Source: an uncultured delta proteobacterium (GTDB lineage Bacteria; Myxococcota_A; Polyangia; Fen-1088). From it: a stretch of DNA of 64,000 nt. Every line of letters begins with the position of its first letter. Within the stretch, counting starts at the first letter, position 1. Made by a program: the position numbers and the translations under genes. Below the pieces are notes generated by a model. That model saw only the letters and a list, made by a program, of their open reading frames with translations. It was not told the origin of the DNA and did no database searches. Positions 58,362 through 64,000 of this stretch are shown in pieces. The DNA is taken from positions 47,004 through 111,003 of the forward strand of contig CAVRSU010000022.1 of assembly GCA_963723955.1 (NCBI GenBank), given 5' to 3'.

Positions 58362-59123
58362 ATGACCCATCACGCTGCAGCCTCTCTCGTCTCGCCCGAT
58401 CCGGAGCGCGATCTCATCCACAACACGGGCCGAGCCATCGCGGATTTCGGGCTTATCTCGGCTGGCGATCGCATCATGGTAGCGCTCTCGGGCGGCAAGG
58501 ACAGCTACGCGCTCCTTCTGCTGCTCGAAGCCCTGCGCCGCCGGGCGCCAGTCGAGTTCGAGTTGCTGGCCGTGCACCTCGATCAAGGCCAGCCAGGCCA
58601 CAGCTCCGAGCCGCTTCGCGCGTGGTTGACGGACAACGGATTCGCCCATCGCATCGTGCGCGAGGACACGTATGCCATCGTGAAAGAGACCGTCCCCGAG
58701 GGACGCACGCCCTGCGCCATGTGCGCTCGCCTTCGGCGCGCGATTCTGTATCGCTTCGCCGACGAATTCGGCTGCACCAAGATCGCGCTCGGCCACCACC
58801 GCGACGACGCCGTGGAAACCCTGCTGCTCAACCTTTTCTTCGCCGGAAAACTCGCTTCCATGCCCGCCCGCTTGACCAGCGACGACGGAGCGCACACGGT
58901 GATCCGGCCGCTCATCTACTGCGCGGAGAAGAATCTGGCGGACTTCGCGTCCAACCGCAAAGTCCCCATCTTGCCATGCAACCTGTGCGGATCTCTGCCC
59001 AATGCCCAGCGCAAGCAGATGAAATCGCTGCTCGAAAAAATGGAAGTCGAGCACCCCAATCTCCGCCAGACCATGCTGGCCGCTCTCGGCAACGTGCACA
59101 TGAGCCACCTGCTGGTGAAGTAG
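58362..59123 (+). CDS. ttcA: tRNA 2-thiocytidine(32) synthetase TtcA (PP-loop ATPase)
   Basis: SGGKDS PP-loop, PCAMCARL and PCNLCGS cysteine pairs. Confidence 0.85.
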   Translation: MTHHAAASLVSPDPERDLIHNTGRAIADFGLISAGDRIMVALSGGKDSYALLLLLEALRRRAPVEFELLAVHLDQGQPGHSSEPLRAWLTDNGFAHRIVREDTYAIVKETVPEGRTPCAMCARLRRAILYRFADEFGCTKIALGHHRDDAVETLLLNLFFAGKLASMPARLTSDDGAHTVIRPLIYCAEKNLADFASNRKVPILPCNLCGSLPNAQRKQMKSLLEKMEVEHPNLRQTMLAALGNVHMSHLLVK

Positions 59124-59132
59124 CAGTTCCGG

Positions 59133-60170
59133 TCACGCTCGGACGAGCTTGTCCACCTCTTGCTTGAGCCGGTGGCACTTCTGCAGCACTTCCATGTACT
59201 GGGTCTGAAAGATCTTCACGTAGCGGCGTTCGCGAGATTTTCGCGTGAGCGCTTCGCGGACCTCCTTGAGTTGGGCGATGAGCTCATTCGGAGCGACGAA
59301 GTTGGGCAGGAGGACGTGCAGGTGGCTGTGATCGGAGATCTTGACCTCGCCGGCATGCCCCGGCGTCGGTGGCGCGAAGACCATGGCCACCAGGCTCGGC
59401 ACCCTTGCCTTGATGGTGTTCACCACCATGCTGCCCGTGAGATCAGGCAGGTTTTCCTTGGCCACGAGAACGGTGGGCGGAACCTGCGTGGCACTGTCGA
59501 GCGCCTCGCCCCCGCTTTGCACGTGACGTAGACGCCAGCCCTTCTCCTCGGTCAATTCTTTCTCAAAGGCGTTGGCCAACGCCGCGTCGTCGTCGACCAG
59601 CAACAGATTGAGCGCACCAAGTCCGCTCGCCGACGATGAGAGGCCACCTTCGCGCGACAAGAGCTTGTCCTCGGCATCCGTGACTTGGCGGGACAGGGCC
59701 ATCATCTTGCGCAGTAGCTCCTCGTTGAGGTCGACCAGCTCGACGAGAAGCTGCTCGCGCCCCATGGCCGCCTTGACGTCCGCGGCGGCCCGAAACACCC
59801 GGTCGCGCAGGTCGTGCACGTACTCGCGGGCCTTGGGAATCACGTCCGTCGCGCCGGCACGAAAGACCGGCGCCACGGCGTCAAAACCAATCCTTCGGCT
59901 CATCACGATCACGGCAGTCTGGCGCGAGCGTTCGCGCACGAACTTGATGAGATCGATGGCAGCGTTCTGCGTGGGCGTGTCGAGATCGGCGAGAACGACA
60001 GGAAAGAAACGATTGGCGATCTGATCCTTCGCCCTCTCCATATCGGCCAAGATCGTGACCGCAAGGCCGGCCTCGCGCAGCAGGCGATCGGCGCCTTTGC
60101 GAACATTCTCGTCCGCGTCAAGAACAAGGATCTCTTGTCCTGCAGAGGACTGGGCGTCCGGGGGTGTCAC
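59133..60170 (-). CDS. Response-regulator-like protein with two receiver-like domains separated by a coiled coil
   Basis: ILVLDADENV...VVLADLDTP and LLLVDDDAALA...VLVAKENLPDLTG segments; GTG start. Confidence 0.55.
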   Translation of the reverse strand: MTPPDAQSSAGQEILVLDADENVRKGADRLLREAGLAVTILADMERAKDQIANRFFPVVLADLDTPTQNAAIDLIKFVRERSRQTAVIVMSRRIGFDAVAPVFRAGATDVIPKAREYVHDLRDRVFRAAADVKAAMGREQLLVELVDLNEELLRKMMALSRQVTDAEDKLLSREGGLSSSASGLGALNLLLVDDDAALANAFEKELTEEKGWRLRHVQSGGEALDSATQVPPTVLVAKENLPDLTGSMVVNTIKARVPSLVAMVFAPPTPGHAGEVKISDHSHLHVLLPNFVAPNELIAQLKEVREALTRKSRERRYVKIFQTQYMEVLQKCHRLKQEVDKLVRA

Positions 60171-60248
60171 GACCCACCAACCCTAGGGGAGAGTCGGCAA
60201 AAGGTCAAAAGACGCGTGCGACTTCGAGGATTCGCTCGTGGTACCCTG

Positions 60249-61463
60249 ATGACGACCCAAACCACCATGACCAGCGTTCTCGACAAAGTGCTCGGGGCAG
60301 CTCGCCAACTCGGCGCATCCGATGTCCATCTCAAGGTCGGCTTGCCACCCATTTTTCGGGTCAAAGGCGATCTGCGGACCGTGGCCAACGTGCCGCCCCT
60401 GACCAAGGAATCCATCGAGGAATTCGGATTCGGCATGATGAATCCGCGGCAGCGCGATTTGTTCGACAAGAACTGGGACGTGGATCTCGCTTATTCCACC
60501 CAAGAAGGCTACCGCTACCGCGTGAACATTCTGCAACAGCGCGGCCTCATGGGCGTGGTGATGCGCTTGATTCCGCCCAACGTGCCCCCGTTCGAACGCT
60601 TGAACCTGCCGCCCAAGGTCCTGCAGTTTGCCGACGAAGAGCGCGGCTTGGTCCTGGTCACGGGCATCACCGGCTCGGGCAAGTCGACCACCCTGGCCGC
60701 CATGGTCGATTACATCAACTCGAACCGAGCGGTCCACATCATCACCATCGAGGATCCCATCGAGTACGCGTTCAAGGATCGCCGCAGCGTGATCAACCAG
60801 CGCGAGATCGGGTTCGACACCACCTCGTTCGCGCGCGCTCTGCGCGCCTCCTTGCGCCAGGATCCGGACGTCATTCTGGTCGGCGAAATGCGCGACCTCG
60901 AAACCACCGAGATCGCCCTCACCGCGGCCGAGACTGGCCACCTCGTGCTGTCGACCCTGCATACCGTCGACGCCGTCGAAACCGTCAACCGCATCGTGGC
61001 GCTCTATCCGCCGCACCAGCAAGGACAGGCGCGGCTACAGCTGTGCGCGGTGCTCAAGGGGGTTGTTTCGCAGCGTTTGGTGACCCGCGCCGACAAGATG
61101 GGCATGGTTCCGGCGGTGGAGATTCTGGTCAACACCGCGCGCGTGAAAGAGCTCATCGCCGACCCCAAGCGCACGCGCGAGATCCACGAAGCCATCGCCT
61201 CGGGTCGCGACCCCTACGGCATGATCAGCTTCGACCAATCCCTCACGGAGTTGGTCAAGAACCGGTTCGTAACCTACGACGATGCTCTCGCCAACGCGAC
61301 CAATGCGGACGACTTCGCCCTGTTCTTCCGGGGCGTGAGCAAGGGGGGAAACGTGTCGACGGGGTTCGACCCGGGCGCGGGGGGCCGAACGGGCTACACG
61401 CCCCCACCCTCTACGGCGAGCGCAACCGGCGACTTCAAGGTCGACCGCTTCAAGAACGAGTAG
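60249..61463 (+). CDS. pilT: Type IV pilus retraction ATPase PilT family with about 45-aa C-terminal extension
   Basis: ASDVHLKVGLPPIFRVKGDL, GITGSGKST Walker A, VGEMRDLET, GHLVLSTLHT. Confidence 0.85.
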   Translation: MTTQTTMTSVLDKVLGAARQLGASDVHLKVGLPPIFRVKGDLRTVANVPPLTKESIEEFGFGMMNPRQRDLFDKNWDVDLAYSTQEGYRYRVNILQQRGLMGVVMRLIPPNVPPFERLNLPPKVLQFADEERGLVLVTGITGSGKSTTLAAMVDYINSNRAVHIITIEDPIEYAFKDRRSVINQREIGFDTTSFARALRASLRQDPDVILVGEMRDLETTEIALTAAETGHLVLSTLHTVDAVETVNRIVALYPPHQQGQARLQLCAVLKGVVSQRLVTRADKMGMVPAVEILVNTARVKELIADPKRTREIHEAIASGRDPYGMISFDQSLTELVKNRFVTYDDALANATNADDFALFFRGVSKGGNVSTGFDPGAGGRTGYTPPPSTASATGDFKVDRFKNE

Positions 61464-61473
61464 AGCCACCCTA

Positions 61474-61735
61474 TAGCCCGCCACCCCTCGGGAAACCCAA
61501 CTCCGACTGTTCTCGCGTTCCCGTCGGAGACTCAATCGTGGTGATTGGTGCGGGCTAGGCAATCGCGTGCGGAGCCTGTCGGCTTTGCCGACAGCGTAGC
61601 GTCGCGGGAGGGTTTGGGAACCCTCCCAGGGTTCCCATCACAATCGCCCTAGCCCGCCACCCTTCGAGAAACCCAACTCCGACCGTTCCTGCGTTCTCGT
61701 CGGAGACTCAATCGTGGTGATTGGTGCGGGCTAGG
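61474..61735. repeat. 86-bp direct repeat (61474-61559 and 61650-61735, 80/86 identical) flanking a 90-bp REP-like element (61560-61649)
   Basis: Hand alignment; the second copy carries the last codons and stop of the 61708-62634 gene; REP core GGGAACCCTCCCAGGGTTCCC at 61616-61636. Confidence 0.7.
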
Positions 61736-62634
61736 TGGGACGTACTCTGCGCTAGCTTGGCCAGCACCTCGTCGCGCCGGGCCTCGGGGATGGAGACTCG
61801 CGTCGGCATGCCACCGCCCAGATCGAAAAGTTTGACGAAATCCAGGCCGGAATCGAAATCCGCCGCGATGGAGATGGATCCAGAATCGCGCACCACCGCG
61901 ACCGTCGCGAGCTGCTGTCCAAGGAGCAAAAGCTCGGTCTTGTCGTAGGGAGCGCCCGACTTGACGTCCAAGTACGCCACGGCGCCGTCCACGCGAAACT
62001 GGGCCGACAATCGTTGCGCCTGTTCCAGCAAGGGATCGACCAGCCGAGCCGCGGCGTCGATTTCTTCGAAGTGGTGGGGTGCGTGGGTTCTGGCAATCAG
62101 GTACTGCAAGATCCGATGCTTGAGGGTCTCGTCGCGAAAGCGCGCCCTGAGCGCTCGGTCGATGCGTTCGGCGATGGGACCGGGCTTGCCGCGGCGGGTG
62201 TCGATGGCACGCGCGTCAGCATCGGCACCATCGTAGGGTTCAATGCCACCCAGGACCCACTTGGCTCCCGCGTACAGCCCGTCGAGGTCGACGTGTACAG
62301 CGATGGTGTCCACCGGGCCGATGCGTTTCACCAGGTCGGGGGTCACCATCTCGGGGCAAGCGCCGTGCTGGGCCTTGCTGGCCAGGACGAACCGAGCATC
62401 GCCGGCGTAGTCCACGTGGCGCTCGTGGTCGTGATGGTCGACCCAAGCGGCCAACCGCGATCCTAGGGCTGTGATGAACGGCAAGGTCACGCTCGCGAAC
62501 GAGGTCTTCCCGGTTTCCGCGGCAAAGGCGATGTCGAGAACCACCACCCGGCCGGCCAGAGTCTCGGCCTTGGGCAGCACCCGCGGGGTCAGGAACGCAA
62601 AGCGCGTGGCGGCCAGCGGATCAGGGGTTGTCAT
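61708..62634 (-). CDS. Hypothetical protein, possible DHH-type phosphoesterase
   Basis: 308 aa; WVDHHDHERH and HVDLDGLYAG histidine/aspartate clusters; weak assignment. Confidence 0.35.
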   Translation of the reverse strand: MTTPDPLAATRFAFLTPRVLPKAETLAGRVVVLDIAFAAETGKTSFASVTLPFITALGSRLAAWVDHHDHERHVDYAGDARFVLASKAQHGACPEMVTPDLVKRIGPVDTIAVHVDLDGLYAGAKWVLGGIEPYDGADADARAIDTRRGKPGPIAERIDRALRARFRDETLKHRILQYLIARTHAPHHFEEIDAAARLVDPLLEQAQRLSAQFRVDGAVAYLDVKSGAPYDKTELLLLGQQLATVAVVRDSGSISIAADFDSGLDFVKLFDLGGGMPTRVSIPEARRDEVLAKLAQSTSHLARTNHHD

Positions 62635-62896
62635 TGGCGAAACCCATTGGTGAAACCAAGGATAGCCGGCGGAAGGAACACGCGCCGGGAGAAAAAGTGA
62701 AGGTTATCCGATGCCAACGCCACTTGGTTCCTTGACTAAATCCATTCGGTCGGCTCACATTCCCCTAGCTTGACACGCTAGGGCCTGCCTATAAGATACC
62801 CACCCGTAGCACACGATCCTGAGGACAACAGTTGCTTTTTGCCGAGCCCGTTTGCGGGATGGCCATGGCGGACCCAAACGGCCCGCGGAGGATGAG

Positions 62897-63541
62897 ATGC
62901 AAGGATTCGCAAAGTTCCTGGAAGATGGCGGTACCCTCATGTACTTCAACCTGGGCACGTCGATCATCGTGCTCTCGATGATCATCGATCGCTTGATCTT
63001 CTTCCTGGTCAAAAGCAGCGTCAACGCGCGCGCCTTTCTAGAAAACATCCGCAAGCTGGTGCTCGCCAACAACCTCGACCGTGCGGTGAAGCTGTGCTCG
63101 GCTACCACGGCGCCGGTGGCGCAAGTTGCCAAAGCCGGGTTGCAACGCATGCATCGCGGGGAGATCGCTGTCGCTCAAGCCATCGAGGAATCCCTCGTGG
63201 ACGTGACGCCGATGATCAAAAAGCGCATCCAGATCCTGTGGTCGCTGGCCAACATCGCGACCCTCATTGGTCTGCTCGGAACCGTCGTTGGTCTCATCAG
63301 GGCCTTCGGTGCCGTCGCGGCGGCCAAGCCCGAAGAGCGCAGCACCCTTCTGGCGAAGGGTATTTCCGAGGCACTCAACAACACCGCCATGGGCCTCGGC
63401 ATCGCCGTGCTTTGCATTATCGCCCACGCCATTCTGGGCTCCATGTCCAAGCGTCAGAACTCGGATCTGGAGGCCTTCTCTCTCAAGCTGGAAAACCTGC
63501 TGGCGGAAACCGCCCATGGTGCCGGAGCTCAGCAAAAGTAG
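62897..63541 (+). CDS. MotA/TolQ/ExbB family proton-channel protein
   Basis: ATG after GGAGG; LLGTVVGLIRAF and SEALNNTAMGLGIAV segments. Confidence 0.8.
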   Translation: MQGFAKFLEDGGTLMYFNLGTSIIVLSMIIDRLIFFLVKSSVNARAFLENIRKLVLANNLDRAVKLCSATTAPVAQVAKAGLQRMHRGEIAVAQAIEESLVDVTPMIKKRIQILWSLANIATLIGLLGTVVGLIRAFGAVAAAKPEERSTLLAKGISEALNNTAMGLGIAVLCIIAHAILGSMSKRQNSDLEAFSLKLENLLAETAHGAGAQQK

Positions 63542-63578
63542 ATCCGCCCGGGACGTGGCCTCTTTGGGATAAAGCACG

Positions 63579-64000
63579 ATGACGAAACGCCAGGTACGGG
63601 CCCGCATGCGACGCATGCGAGAACAGTTCGAGGAAGCCGAGGATGAGCACGGCGAAATCAACCTCGTGCCCTACATGGACATCGTCACCAACATCATCAT
63701 CTTCCTGCTCGCCTCGGTCGTGAATCAGGTCCCGCTCGGCACGGTCAACGTATCGTCGCCGACCTTCGGGGCGGGTGGCGGCGGAGATAGCGCGCAGGAA
63801 AAGCCAGCCCTCAATCTCACCGTCACCGTGGGGGGAACGGGTTTCACACTCGCGGGTTCGGGAGGTGTCATGCCTCCCATCCCCAAGCTGCCCACCGGAG
63901 ACTACGACTATCTGGCGCTCACCACCAAGCTCACCGAGATCAAGAAAGCCTTCTCGGACGAGACCAAGGCGACCTTCAACGCCGACGCGATCACACCCTA
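63579..64000 (+). CDS. ExbD/TolR family protein (partial, runs off the window end)
   Basis: My translation from ATG 63579: MTKRQVRARMRRMREQFEEAEDEHGEINLVPYMDIVTNIIIFLLASV...; open to the window end, so absent from the ORF track. Confidence 0.7.
   Translation, partial: MTKRQVRARMRRMREQFEEAEDEHGEINLVPYMDIVTNIIIFLLASVVNQVPLGTVNVSSPTFGAGGGGDSAQEKPALNLTVTVGGTGFTLAGSGGVMPPIPKLPTGDYDYLALTTKLTEIKKAFSDETKATFNADAITP

Overview
High-GC (roughly 65%) chromosomal window with a Myxococcota-like gene repertoire (GH9 cellulase, PilT, DUF4388, sigma-54 activator, caspase, many lipoproteins). It is mostly housekeeping: comEC, tRNA-Pro, yacG, M16 and CPBP proteases, pyrK-pyrD, glnB-glnA, psd, an RpoD-like sigma factor, fmt, priA, tkt, lipA, cysE, queD, acnA, ttcA, pilT and tolQ/tolR-like genes. 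Between these sit several less ordinary loci. (1) A 10-kb co-directional minus-strand cluster: histidine kinase, NtrC-type activator, TPR/beta-barrel protein, two lipoproteins, ECF sigma, DUF4384-type anti-sigma, and a secreted caspase (C14) with a C-terminal barrel-like domain. This is my best candidate for an uncharacterised envelope signalling/proteolysis system. (2) An orphan FliO-P-Q-R-FlhB export-gate module without FlhA or an ATPase. Its FlhB lacks the NPTH autocleavage motif, and it appears co-transcribed with priA and fmt. (3) An IS110-family element nested in a family of REP/BIME-like palindromic repeats (at least 7 copies), plus a 176-bp duplication and a MITE-like hairpin. (4) A consensus-matching sigma-54 promoter (TGGCAC-N5-TTGC) upstream of the sigma-70-family gene. 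(5) A 21%-GC island next to a gene for a zinc-ribbon protein with a histone-H1-like tail. Caveat: about 20 reading-frame breaks interrupt conserved, mostly essential genes, and each one I resolved at base level lies in a homopolymer run. Consensus indel errors explain these better than pseudogenisation. I saw no CRISPR array, restriction-modification system, toxin-antitoxin pair or retron. All family calls rest on motif recognition by eye; no searches were run.
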